Shown piece after piece: positions 42,039 to 50,524 of a stretch of DNA of 64,000 nt. Every line of letters starts with the position of its first letter. The first letter of the stretch is position 1. Below the pieces are notes generated by a model. It did no database searches and was not told the DNA's origin. It saw only the letters and a list, made by a program, of their open reading frames with translations. Location: NCBI GenBank assembly GCA_964490165.1, contig CAZBAR010000003.1, positions 42,463 to 106,462 of the forward strand, read 5' to 3'. The stretch is from an uncultured Lachnospiraceae bacterium. GTDB taxonomy: Bacteria > Bacillota > Clostridia > Oscillospirales > CAG-272. The position numbers were made by a program, and so were the translations under genes.

Positions 42039-44183
42039 ATGAAAAATAAAGATCAACTTATAACAAAAATACGCTTTGACTTGAAGCCGGACGACGAGAC
42101 CGACAAAATACAGGGCGAAGTGCTGTTTTTTGCAGACCGTATCGAGATCGTCAGCGAAGCCGACAACCGCACTGTAACCACTGACAAAATAACGGAATAC
42201 AGATGTACAACGGGTATAGGCTGCATAATGCTCGAAGCGGAAACTGACAGCGGTTATATTCTTATCTGCCGCGGCAGTATGGAATATTCTCAGGTGTTCA
42301 GCCTTTGTCAGAAACGCCTGAACAAGCATCTGCAAAACGGAGAAATACGAGAGGAATGGATGGAATATCCGGACGTAATATGTCCGAAGTGCCACCGTCC
42401 GCTTCCTCCGGGACAGTCAAAATGTCCGCGCTGCGCCGAAAAAGGAATGTACATACGCCGTCTTTGGCAAATGTCGAAACCCTATCACAAATACATATAC
42501 GCATCGGTCATTATATATTTTGTAATAACCCTTGTAAACATGACAGTTCCCGTTGTCAACCGCGTGCTTGTTGACGACTACATTAAGGCTGAGACAATTC
42601 CGCCTTTAGGGCAGTACGCCATAGTAGTTGCAATGCTGCTTTTATTGCAGGTGATCTCACGCCTGCTTACCATGCTGCGATCCTATTTGCAAACAATATC
42701 TGCCAACAAAATAATAGTCATGATGCGGCGCATAACCTTCAGAAAGGTTGAAGAAATGTCGCTGGCAAAGGTTTCAAAGCGCACAGCGGGCGAGCTTATA
42801 AACAGAATTTCCGACGACACGCGACAGATACAGCAGTTCATAACAAGCGAAACAGGTATGATCATAGAAAACGCACTTATGCTTGTAGGCATATCTGCAA
42901 TGCTGTTCTGGTACGACTGGCGGCTGGCACTGATGATACTCCTCCCCACTCCGATCGTAATGATGTCACACCGCCTTATGTGGAACTTTTTGGGCAAACG
43001 TTATCACAAGCAGTGGATGGTAAACGCAAAGGCAGATACTATACTGCACGACATTTTCTCCGGCATAAGAGTTGTAAAAGCCTTCGGCATGGAGAACGCG
43101 GAGCACAGCCGTTATGATGTGGCTATTAAAGAAGAGCGAAAGACCAGAGCGGACAACGAAACGTATTTCGCGCTGATCTCACCTATAACCAGCTTTCTGA
43201 TGGGACTCGGCGAATTTTTCCTGCTTTATTTCGTTGGCAATAAGATACTTGACGGAACTATGACTCTCGGTGAGATGCAGCAGTTCTCCGCTTACGTTTC
43301 GATGCTGTACGCACCGCTGAGATGGATGTCATTCCTGCCCCGCCGACTGAGCCGCACAATGACCTCAGTGGTCAAGGTATTTGACGTTATAGACGAGGAA
43401 AATGATGTTGCAGACCGCCCCAATGCCGTAAACGGCGACGCTTCGGGCGTTATCGAAATAGAAAATCTCAATTTCGGCTATGAAAGCAATGCTAACGTGC
43501 TGAAGGGCGTTGATCTGACCATTCATCCCGGTGAAATGATAGGCATTGTAGGACGTTCGGGAGTCGGCAAGTCTACGCTTATAAACCTTATAATGCGTCT
43601 GTATGACCCCGACGAAGGATCCATAAAGATAGGCGGCACTGACATACGCGATATGACGCAGGAGTCCATGCGCCGTCAAATGGGTGTAGTTCTTCAGGAA
43701 ACAATGCTGTTCAGCGGAACTTTGTATCAAAACATTGCCTATTCAAAGCCGGATGCGACACCGGAGGAAATTATAAGCGCCGCAAAGGTCTCAGGTGTGC
43801 ATAAGTTTGCGGTAAAGCTGCCTGACGGATACAACACCGTGATCGGAGAAAAGGGCTATACCCTGTCCGGAGGAGAAAGACAGCGAGTGGCAATCGCACG
43901 TGCGCTGCTGCACGATCCCCGCATTCTTATTCTTGATGAAGCTACTTCAGCTCTTGACACAGAGACCGAAAAGGACATACAGGACACGCTGCAAAAGCTT
44001 ATTGCAGGACGAACAACTATAGCCATTGCGCATAGACTTTCAACACTGCGAAACGCCACACGCCTTGTGGTACTCGACCGCGGCAGAGTAGCCGAGGTCG
44101 GTTCTCACGAAGAGCTAATGAAGAAAAAAGGATTGTATTACGATCTTGTCATGGCACAAAGACAGATGTCAAAAATGGCTTGA
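42039..44183 (+). CDS. ABC exporter half-transporter with an N-terminal cytoplasmic domain and a zinc ribbon
   Basis: About 105-aa N-domain homologous to that of 39084-41492 (GIGCIMLEAETDSGYILICRG..VFSLCQKRLNKHL), then CPKC-x10-CPRC, then TMD and NBD (GRSGVGKST, LSGGERQR, LILDEATSALD). Confidence 0.85.
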   Translation: MKNKDQLITKIRFDLKPDDETDKIQGEVLFFADRIEIVSEADNRTVTTDKITEYRCTTGIGCIMLEAETDSGYILICRGSMEYSQVFSLCQKRLNKHLQNGEIREEWMEYPDVICPKCHRPLPPGQSKCPRCAEKGMYIRRLWQMSKPYHKYIYASVIIYFVITLVNMTVPVVNRVLVDDYIKAETIPPLGQYAIVVAMLLLLQVISRLLTMLRSYLQTISANKIIVMMRRITFRKVEEMSLAKVSKRTAGELINRISDDTRQIQQFITSETGMIIENALMLVGISAMLFWYDWRLALMILLPTPIVMMSHRLMWNFLGKRYHKQWMVNAKADTILHDIFSGIRVVKAFGMENAEHSRYDVAIKEERKTRADNETYFALISPITSFLMGLGEFFLLYFVGNKILDGTMTLGEMQQFSAYVSMLYAPLRWMSFLPRRLSRTMTSVVKVFDVIDEENDVADRPNAVNGDASGVIEIENLNFGYESNANVLKGVDLTIHPGEMIGIVGRSGVGKSTLINLIMRLYDPDEGSIKIGGTDIRDMTQESMRRQMGVVLQETMLFSGTLYQNIAYSKPDATPEEIISAAKVSGVHKFAVKLPDGYNTVIGEKGYTLSGGERQRVAIARALLHDPRILILDEATSALDTETEKDIQDTLQKLIAGRTTIAIAHRLSTLRNATRLVVLDRGRVAEVGSHEELMKKKGLYYDLVMAQRQMSKMA

Positions 44184-44188
44184 GGTTA

Positions 44189-44350
44189 TCGAAAAAGTCC
44201 ATAGCCATAGAAATGGCAAAATATACAAAAGAGCTTTTCGGCACCTGGGGTCGCCTGACTAAGTACTGCCCTACCACTGCGCCCGCCTCCCCAAAAGGCG
44301 GGCGAAAACTTTTTGTTACTTTGCTACAGCCATTTAGTTTTTCGACAGTC
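44189..44350 (+). repeat. MITE-like element, short copy (related to 2781-3021)
   Basis: TCGAAAAAGTCCATAG[CCATAG]AAATGGCAAAAT...TTTGCTACAGCCATTTAGTTTTTCGACAGTC. Both ends match the 2781-3021 element in inverse orientation, and the interior is shorter (one CGCCCGCC/GGCGGGCG hairpin). Confidence 0.7.
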
Positions 44351-44351
44351 T

Positions 44352-44381
44352 AAAAAAACCGTCACGCGAGTGACGGTTTTT
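44352..44381. terminator. bidirectional terminator between convergent ABC and pfkA genes
   Basis: AAAAAAA-CCGTCAC-gcga-GTGACGG-TTTTT. Confidence 0.7.
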
Positions 44382-44416
44382 ATCATAATCAGTATTTAGT
44401 ATTCTCAACCTAAGCC

Positions 44417-45484
44417 TCAGCCGCTGATCTCGTGAAGCAATGCTGTCATATCCTTGAAATAGTTGCGCTTCTTCTCGCAGGTTGCAAGAATAACAGCCTT
44501 TTCCTCATCGCTGTACTTATCAAGCTCGGACATATCAGCCTTGCCCTTGTACAGACGGTCGGTAGTCTGAGCAAAATTGATATCAACAGATACGATCTCG
44601 TTGTTCTGCTCGCAGATAACGAGGTTGGACTTGCCCTCAAGCAGCTCTGCAACTGCAACAGAACCCATTTTGGCAGCGGTTACTCTGTCGCGCAGGGTGG
44701 GATTGCCGCCGCGTACAACGTGCGCAAGACGTGCAAACTTTGTTTCGATACCTGTTCTCTCCTGTATTTTCTTTGCAAATGCAGGATCTGCATAGCCGGG
44801 AATAAGCTCGGAAACTACTACGATGAAGCCGCGTTTTCCGTCGTTCTTCATACGGATCATTTTCTCGTACATTGCCTCTTCATCAAAATCAGTCTCGGTA
44901 ATAACACAGTCTACCGCGCCGCAGGCAATAGCTGTCTGTATAGCAATACCGCCGGCATGGTTGCCCATGACTTCAACAACATTGCAGCGAGCATGGCTCT
45001 CGCAAGTATCGCGCAGTCTGTCTATCATCTCAACAACAGTGTTCATAGCAGTGTCGTAGCCGATAGAATAATCAGTTGAAGTAATGTCGTTATCTATAGT
45101 TCCGGGAATACCAATAGTGGGAATACCTCTGTTGGAAAGGTCGGTTGCACCGCGGAAGGTACCGTCACCGCCGCAGGCTACAATACCGTCTATATTGTAT
45201 TTCTTGCAGGTAGCAATAGCCTTTGCCATTCCCTCCTCGGTCTTGAACTCAAGGCATCTGTCGGAATACAGCATAGTACCGCCGTTAGTAACAATGTTAG
45301 AAACGTCGCGTGCAGTAAGCTGACGGACATTGTCGTTTACAAGTCCGCTGTAGCCGCCGTTTATACCGATGACCTCAACGCCGTGAGAAAGTGCCGCTCT
45401 TGTTACCGCGCGAATTACATTATTCATTCCGGGCGCATCTCCGCCTGAGGTAAGTACACCTATTCTTCTAAACTGTGTTTCCAT
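44417..45484 (-). CDS. pfkA: ATP-dependent 6-phosphofructokinase
   Basis: RIGVLTSGGDAPGMNNVIRAV, GGDGT, GIPGTIDND, MGNHAGGIA. Confidence 0.9.
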   Translation of the reverse strand: METQFRRIGVLTSGGDAPGMNNVIRAVTRAALSHGVEVIGINGGYSGLVNDNVRQLTARDVSNIVTNGGTMLYSDRCLEFKTEEGMAKAIATCKKYNIDGIVACGGDGTFRGATDLSNRGIPTIGIPGTIDNDITSTDYSIGYDTAMNTVVEMIDRLRDTCESHARCNVVEVMGNHAGGIAIQTAIACGAVDCVITETDFDEEAMYEKMIRMKNDGKRGFIVVVSELIPGYADPAFAKKIQERTGIETKFARLAHVVRGGNPTLRDRVTAAKMGSVAVAELLEGKSNLVICEQNNEIVSVDINFAQTTDRLYKGKADMSELDKYSDEEKAVILATCEKKRNYFKDMTALLHEISG

Positions 45485-45541
45485 TGTATTACTCCTAAAA
45501 TTAAATTTTTATTTTTGAACCCTTACGGGTATTTTTTCTTA

Positions 45542-46138
45542 TTATTCCTCAGCTGACGAGGGCGCGTCCACGGTGTTGCCGTTTTCGTCATAGAAGGTCT
45601 GACTTGTCATTTCACCGTTTGTGAAATAGCACCTGCGGCTAACCTTACCGTTTTCATAATAATACAGCTTTTCGACGCTTTCATTGCCGTTTTCATCATA
45701 ATCCTTTGTAGTTTTTTTCTTAGGCATTGATGACTCGGCGTAATAGACATATTCTATAGACTGTACGGTTTTTCCCATTTCTTTTTTTTCGTAATAAGAA
45801 ACGGTTCCGTCAGAATTGTGCTCTGTTTTTTCGCTTTCGGTCTCAACATCATCAGCATCAAAGGTCATAACGTAATCGATATCCTTGGACACGTCGGTAA
45901 AATAGTCTGTTCTGCCGGCGTATACATTGTTATCATAATATATAATGCTCTTAAGACTGCCGTCGGAATTATATTGATACTCCTCAGGCTCGTGAACTTC
46001 AGTCGCCTCCGATGAAGTATCACTGCCGCTATCGCCCGATGATCCTTTGCAAAGCAGGGCTGTAACCACACCGCAAATACCGAGGACTATCAGAACCGCA
46101 GCTACGATAATAAGTATTCTCTGCGTTTTTTTATTCAT
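45542..46138 (-). CDS. membrane-anchored hypothetical protein with Tyr/Asn/Gly-rich repeats (MORN-variant or YwqK-like)
   Basis: N-terminal TM helix (ILIIVAAVLIVLGICGVVTALL), then repeated motifs of the type Y-Y-x-N-G-x-x-x (IIYYDNNVY, SYYEKKEMGK, LYYYENGKV, TFYDENGN). Confidence 0.45.
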   Translation of the reverse strand: MNKKTQRILIIVAAVLIVLGICGVVTALLCKGSSGDSGSDTSSEATEVHEPEEYQYNSDGSLKSIIYYDNNVYAGRTDYFTDVSKDIDYVMTFDADDVETESEKTEHNSDGTVSYYEKKEMGKTVQSIEYVYYAESSMPKKKTTKDYDENGNESVEKLYYYENGKVSRRCYFTNGEMTSQTFYDENGNTVDAPSSAEE

Positions 46139-46211
46139 GGCGATCCTAAACCTTTCTGAGGAATATTGGTAATAGTAGTCTTAATTATTATAACTCTATT
46201 ATCTCCGTTTG

Positions 46212-47084
46212 TCAATCTCCAATATATCTTTCAAAGTAAAAGAGATATTGCTGGGCAATTCCCGCCCACTGACCGAATACCGTGTGATCAAGCCCGCCCG
46301 GAAAGCGTTTTTCGGCAACGCGCTTCATCCAGACATCTATGGGGAATGCCTCAAGCCTTGAAAATCCGAAAAGCAGGGTGCAGGCAGCCACCTTAGGTCC
46401 GACGCCGCTTATTTTTTCAAGCATTGACGCCGCTTCGTCATAGCTTGCCGCCGCACTTACTTCGTCAAGTGAAATCTCGCCTGACGAAACTTTTTTTGCC
46501 GCGTCGTATATGTATTTTGCGCGAAATCCCGTCCGCATATCAAAAATGGCTTCCTCTCCTGCCAAATACAAAGCCTCTGCCGTAGGGAACGCGTAGCCGC
46601 CGTCGATCTTTTCTCCGTATCGGCGGCACATCTCCGCAATTATTTTTTTGATCCGCGGAATATTGTTGTTTTGCGACACGATAAAAGAGCACAGAGCTTC
46701 CCATTTGTCCTGCCTGAGTATACGGATACCGCGTCCCGCTTCAACCGCTTTTTCCATATGCTCCCGGTCGGCGCCGTCCATCGCCTCACAAATGCGGCGG
46801 TTCACAGTATCATAATCCATATCAAGAGCAAGATAGCCGTACCATTTATTCCAAAAATCCTCTTCGCTTGAATATATCAATATTTCGCCATCTTTGTCCG
46901 TGTCTGCAAAGCTCACGTATTTTCCCAGAGCTATACCCTCTACCTGATTTTTATATTTACCGCCGGCAACAGGATCAAAGCGAAAGCACTGTCCGCAATC
47001 GAAAGTGCGGAAAACAGAAAAATCGCCCACACCGCCGACAGTGAGCCATCCGTTACTTTCATTTATTATGTAAGGCTTTTTCAT
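46212..47084 (-). CDS. ogg: 8-oxoguanine DNA glycosylase (OGG1-type, HhH-GPD)
   Basis: HhH motif with Lys, ISGVGPKVAACTLLFG (compare eukaryotic OGG1 GVGTKVADC), and catalytic Asp in FPIDVW. Start moved to ATG 47084 (MKKPYII...) behind GGAGA. Confidence 0.7.
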   Translation of the reverse strand: MKKPYIINESNGWLTVGGVGDFSVFRTFDCGQCFRFDPVAGGKYKNQVEGIALGKYVSFADTDKDGEILIYSSEEDFWNKWYGYLALDMDYDTVNRRICEAMDGADREHMEKAVEAGRGIRILRQDKWEALCSFIVSQNNNIPRIKKIIAEMCRRYGEKIDGGYAFPTAEALYLAGEEAIFDMRTGFRAKYIYDAAKKVSSGEISLDEVSAAASYDEAASMLEKISGVGPKVAACTLLFGFSRLEAFPIDVWMKRVAEKRFPGGLDHTVFGQWAGIAQQYLFYFERYIGD

Positions 47085-47148
47085 ATTGATTATCTCCGTA
47101 GACTGTTGTATAATAAAGTTGAAAAATAAAATACAAGGAAGTATTACT

Positions 47149-47844
47149 ATGGAACAAATATATACAATACCCGTAAACGAAACCTTTGAGGAATGCAAAA
47201 GCGACAAAAGTCTCGGCTGCCCATTTTGCAGACTTTACAAAAAGCTGTCCGACAATGAGCTGGAGCTGATACTGGGCGCATCTATGATGGAACCCGACAC
47301 CAGAAAGAAAACAAACGAGCAGGGCTTCTGCAAGACTCACTGGGCTAAGATGAATTCCATGGGCAAAAAGCTGCCCCTGACGCTCATTATCCAAAGCCAC
47401 CTTGCTGAAGTAGACAAGCTTTTGAAAAAGCCCGGTATTATGCCATCCGCCGCAGCAACCGACACTGCAAAAAAGCTTCAGAAAATGGGGAACGACTGCT
47501 ATATCTGCCGCAGAATAGACTACAATTTTGAACGTATGAACGAAACAGCCGCGCTGCTGTGGGACTCTGACGCGGCATTCGGCGAAAAGCTTTGCGCCAC
47601 ACCTATGTGTCTGCCTCACCTTGCAGGCTTTCTTCAGACAGCGTCAAAAACTCTTAAATCGAAGCCATACAGCGAGCTCTACCGCTCTCTGTACGCTATG
47701 GAGGAGGAATATATGGAAAATATTCGCTCTCACATAGACGGCTTTGCAAGAAAATTTGATTACCGCTATGCAAATGAGCCGTGGAACGGCGAGGAAAATG
47801 CTGTTGAAGAAGCACTGACAGCGCTGAACGGCACAAAAGAATAA
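47149..47844 (+). CDS. cysteine-rich hypothetical protein (possibly DUF6062)
   Basis: 231 aa from ATG 47149 (AAGGAAG SD). Cys pairs CPFC, C..H, CYIC, C..H suggest metal binding. The family name is from memory only. Confidence 0.4.
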   Translation: MEQIYTIPVNETFEECKSDKSLGCPFCRLYKKLSDNELELILGASMMEPDTRKKTNEQGFCKTHWAKMNSMGKKLPLTLIIQSHLAEVDKLLKKPGIMPSAAATDTAKKLQKMGNDCYICRRIDYNFERMNETAALLWDSDAAFGEKLCATPMCLPHLAGFLQTASKTLKSKPYSELYRSLYAMEEEYMENIRSHIDGFARKFDYRYANEPWNGEENAVEEALTALNGTKE

Positions 47845-47852
47845 TTCTGAAC

Positions 47853-47941
47853 GGAGGTTAGCGTGAAAAATTCGATAGACCAAATCGAAAGTAACCTTTT
47901 TCACGCGCGCTTTTGTGCTTTGCACAAAAGCTAAAGAAAGG
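47853..47941 (+). repeat. hairpin cassette repeat, subfamily 2 (partner copy at 28843-28928)
   Basis: GGAGGTTAGCGTGAAAAATTCGATAGACCAAATCGAAAGTAACCTTTTTCACGCGCGCTTTTGTGCTTTGCACAAAAGCTAAAGAAAGG, followed 12 nt later by an ATG (47954). Confidence 0.75.
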
Positions 47942-47982
47942 TATGACATTATTATGCAAGCAAAAAAATAACAAAAACCCTT

Positions 47983-48438
47983 TTGAAAGTGCTGTTTATT
48001 TTATACTGCATTGTTTTGATATACGTTTTATTCTTTCGCACAAGATCAATATATTTTTACAATCGGTCATATTGGGATCATATTAAAATGTCCTTTAACA
48101 TAATCCCCCTGAAAAGCATATCAGAGTTTGTTTCAAGAATACTAAACAATACAATAAACACATCGATCGTTATTGAAAATATTATCGGAAATATCCTTTT
48201 ATTCTTACCCATGGGCTTTTTTCTTCCCTGCCTGACATCAAAGATAAGGAATTTACCGAAAGCGATCCTTGTCGGCTTTGTTATTATACTGAGCGTGGAA
48301 CTTATTCAGCTGTTCTCATTGTTGGGAAGCTTTGATATTGACGATATTATCTTAAATCTGCTCGGTTTAATTGCAGGATATCTGATCTTCAGGTTTAAGC
48401 CTGTAAACTATCTTCTCAAAAAAATGTATATCATATAG
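47983..48438 (+). CDS. VanZ family membrane protein (start uncertain)
   Basis: 151 aa, 4 TM helices, with IIPLKS...NIIGNILLFLPMGFFL and DIDDIILNLLG typical of VanZ. The TTG at 47983 has no SD; see the frameshift finding. Confidence 0.75.
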   Translation: MKVLFILYCIVLIYVLFFRTRSIYFYNRSYWDHIKMSFNIIPLKSISEFVSRILNNTINTSIVIENIIGNILLFLPMGFFLPCLTSKIRNLPKAILVGFVIILSVELIQLFSLLGSFDIDDIILNLLGLIAGYLIFRFKPVNYLLKKMYII

Positions 48439-48554
48439 GTTAATGACCTAATTAAAATAATATCACACTTATCGACAAAATGCAAGCAATCCTGCAAACA
48501 GATAACATTATTTGAGTTTTTGTTCATAATTATTAACAAATATTTCAAATATTA

Positions 48555-48583
48555 TTGACAATAGTTTGTTTATGTGTTATATT
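48555..48583 (+). promoter_or_regulatory. sigma-A-type promoter for the second L-box leader
   Basis: TTGACA, 17 nt, TATATT, with TGTGT just upstream of the -10 box. Confidence 0.6.
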
Positions 48584-48605
48584 TAGATTAAAATAAACAG
48601 CAGAG

Positions 48606-48740
48606 AACCTAGATAGAGGAGCGTCTGACAAGAGTAGCGCCGTTTGTCGGCGTAAAAGGGGATGACGCCGAAGCGGTATATCCGCTGGGACAATGCAGAA
48701 TATGCATTGTACTGTCGCATTTTTGCGGGGCGCTGTCGGC
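48606..48740 (+). promoter_or_regulatory. lysine riboswitch (L-box) aptamer
   Basis: AGAGGAGC, AGAGTA, TAAAAGGGG, GACGCCGAAGC, CTGGGA, ACTGTCGC, in the canonical order. Confidence 0.85.
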
Positions 48741-48771
48741 AGGCTGCATACGGCAAAACAGCCGTATTATC

Positions 48772-48805
48772 CCGTGGTGCGTCAGCATCACGGTTTTCTG
48801 TTTTT
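48772..48805 (+). terminator. riboswitch expression-platform terminator
   Basis: CCGTGGTGC-gtca-GCATCACGG (9 bp including one G-U pair) followed by TTTTCTGTTTTT. It ends 6 nt before the GGAGG SD. Confidence 0.75.
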
Positions 48806-48819
48806 CAGGAGGTGTTACT

Positions 48820-50505
48820 TTGAAGAAAAGTACATTACTTGCAGTCATTATGGCTGTAGTCATCGTAGCGGTGCTTTGCGCTGTGTTCTTCTGGGGCGGC
48901 AACGCAAACGCCATGGAGCTGTGCCCCGACTGTGAGGGCGAGGGCATAATCGACGCCGCTGTTTGCGAAGCTTGCGAGGGTGCGGGTGAGATCGCCGCAT
49001 CTACGCCGTATTACGCAACATGGACAGCGCTGCTTGCGCCTGTTATCGCTATTGTACTGGCGCTTGTAACAAAGGAGGTATACTCCTCACTGTTCATCGG
49101 TATAGTAGTGGGCGGCCTGCTTGCATCCAAGTACAACATAGTCTCAACTGTTGACAACGTTGTACAGAACGGCATTATATCCGCCGTTTCCGATACCGCC
49201 GGAATTTTCGCATTCCTCGTAATTCTCGGTACTATGGTCGCCCTTGTAAACAAGGCGGGCGGCAGCGCAGCCTTCGGAAGATGGGCTAAGGTACATATCA
49301 AGTCAAAGATCGGCGCTGTTATCTGCACATTTATACTCGGCGTCCTTATTTTCATCGACGACTATTTCAATTGCCTTACTGTGGGCAGCGTTATGCGCCC
49401 TGTTACAGATACTCACAAGGTATCCCGTGCAAAGCTGGCATATGTCATCGATGCCACCGCAGCGCCTGTGTGCATGATAGCGCCTATCTCTTCATGGGCA
49501 GCAGCAGTTTCAAGCTATGCAGCTGACGGCGAAGGAATAAAGCTGTTCATACAGGCAATTCCCTACAATCTGTATTCACTGCTTTCATTCGTATTTATTA
49601 TAGCTATCACGCTTATGAAATTCGACTACGGTCCGATGAGAGCACATGAGGCAGCCGCAGTAAACGGCGATCTCGGCAAGCTTGAAAATGCCGTTGACGA
49701 TGAGTCTGAGGCAAATCCCCGCGGAAGAGTTATCGATCTTATTCTTCCGGTTGCAGTTCTTATAGTCACCTGTGTTTGGGCGCTTATATACAACGGCGGC
49801 TTCTTTGAAGCAGGCGGCGAATACTATATGGACTTTGTAGGCGCATTCAGTAACACTGACGCGACCGTAGGTCTGCCTCTCGGCGGTATCGTTGCCCTTG
49901 TATTCACTATTGTTTACCTTATGATCAGAAAAATCGTTTCCTTCAAAGAATCTATGGAGTGCGTACCCAAGGGCTTTATAGCAATGGTTCCCGCTATCCT
50001 TATTCTGACCATGGCAACATCGCTGAAAAACATGACCGGTCTTCTGGGCGCAAAATACTTTGTCGCAGGTCTTATGGACAGCGCGGCAAGCGGTCTTGCA
50101 GCCTTCCTGCCCGCTATCATATTCCTTGTAGCAGTAGGTCTTGCATTTGCAACTGGTACATCATGGGGTACCTTCGGCATACTTATCCCCATCGTTTCCG
50201 CTATATTTGAAAGCGATCCCCAGCTTCTGATAATCGGAATTTCCGCGTGCCTTGCAGGTGCTGTATGCGGCGACCACTGCTCACCTATCTCCGACACAAC
50301 TATCATGTCTTCTGCCGGAGCTCAGTGCGAACACGTAAGCCACGTTTCTACTCAGCTTCCCTACGCGCTGACTGTTGCAGCAGCATCATTTGTAGGATAC
50401 ATTATGTTTGCAGCTGTAAGACAGTGGTACATCGTACTTCCCGTTATCGCTGTTCTGATGGTAGCAGCACTGTTTGTTATCAAAAAGCTTCAGAAGAAAG
50501 CATGA
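48820..50505 (+). CDS. NhaC-family Na+/H+ antiporter-type transporter (probable lysine transporter) with an N-terminal TM helix and a CxxCxGxG x2 extension
   Basis: TTG start behind GGAGG. Residues 1-27 form a TM anchor, and residues 35-56 read CPDCEGEG...CEACEGAG. From about residue 65 on, a typical NhaC core follows (ALLAPVIAIVLALVTKEVYSSLFIGI...). L-box control implies a link to lysine. Confidence 0.75.
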   Translation: MKKSTLLAVIMAVVIVAVLCAVFFWGGNANAMELCPDCEGEGIIDAAVCEACEGAGEIAASTPYYATWTALLAPVIAIVLALVTKEVYSSLFIGIVVGGLLASKYNIVSTVDNVVQNGIISAVSDTAGIFAFLVILGTMVALVNKAGGSAAFGRWAKVHIKSKIGAVICTFILGVLIFIDDYFNCLTVGSVMRPVTDTHKVSRAKLAYVIDATAAPVCMIAPISSWAAAVSSYAADGEGIKLFIQAIPYNLYSLLSFVFIIAITLMKFDYGPMRAHEAAAVNGDLGKLENAVDDESEANPRGRVIDLILPVAVLIVTCVWALIYNGGFFEAGGEYYMDFVGAFSNTDATVGLPLGGIVALVFTIVYLMIRKIVSFKESMECVPKGFIAMVPAILILTMATSLKNMTGLLGAKYFVAGLMDSAASGLAAFLPAIIFLVAVGLAFATGTSWGTFGILIPIVSAIFESDPQLLIIGISACLAGAVCGDHCSPISDTTIMSSAGAQCEHVSHVSTQLPYALTVAAASFVGYIMFAAVRQWYIVLPVIAVLMVAALFVIKKLQKKA

Positions 50506-50524
50506 GCTTGTCTTTAATATAACT

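Noticed and set aside
44432-45079. 215-aa plus-strand ORF
   Set aside because: It is antisense to pfkA.
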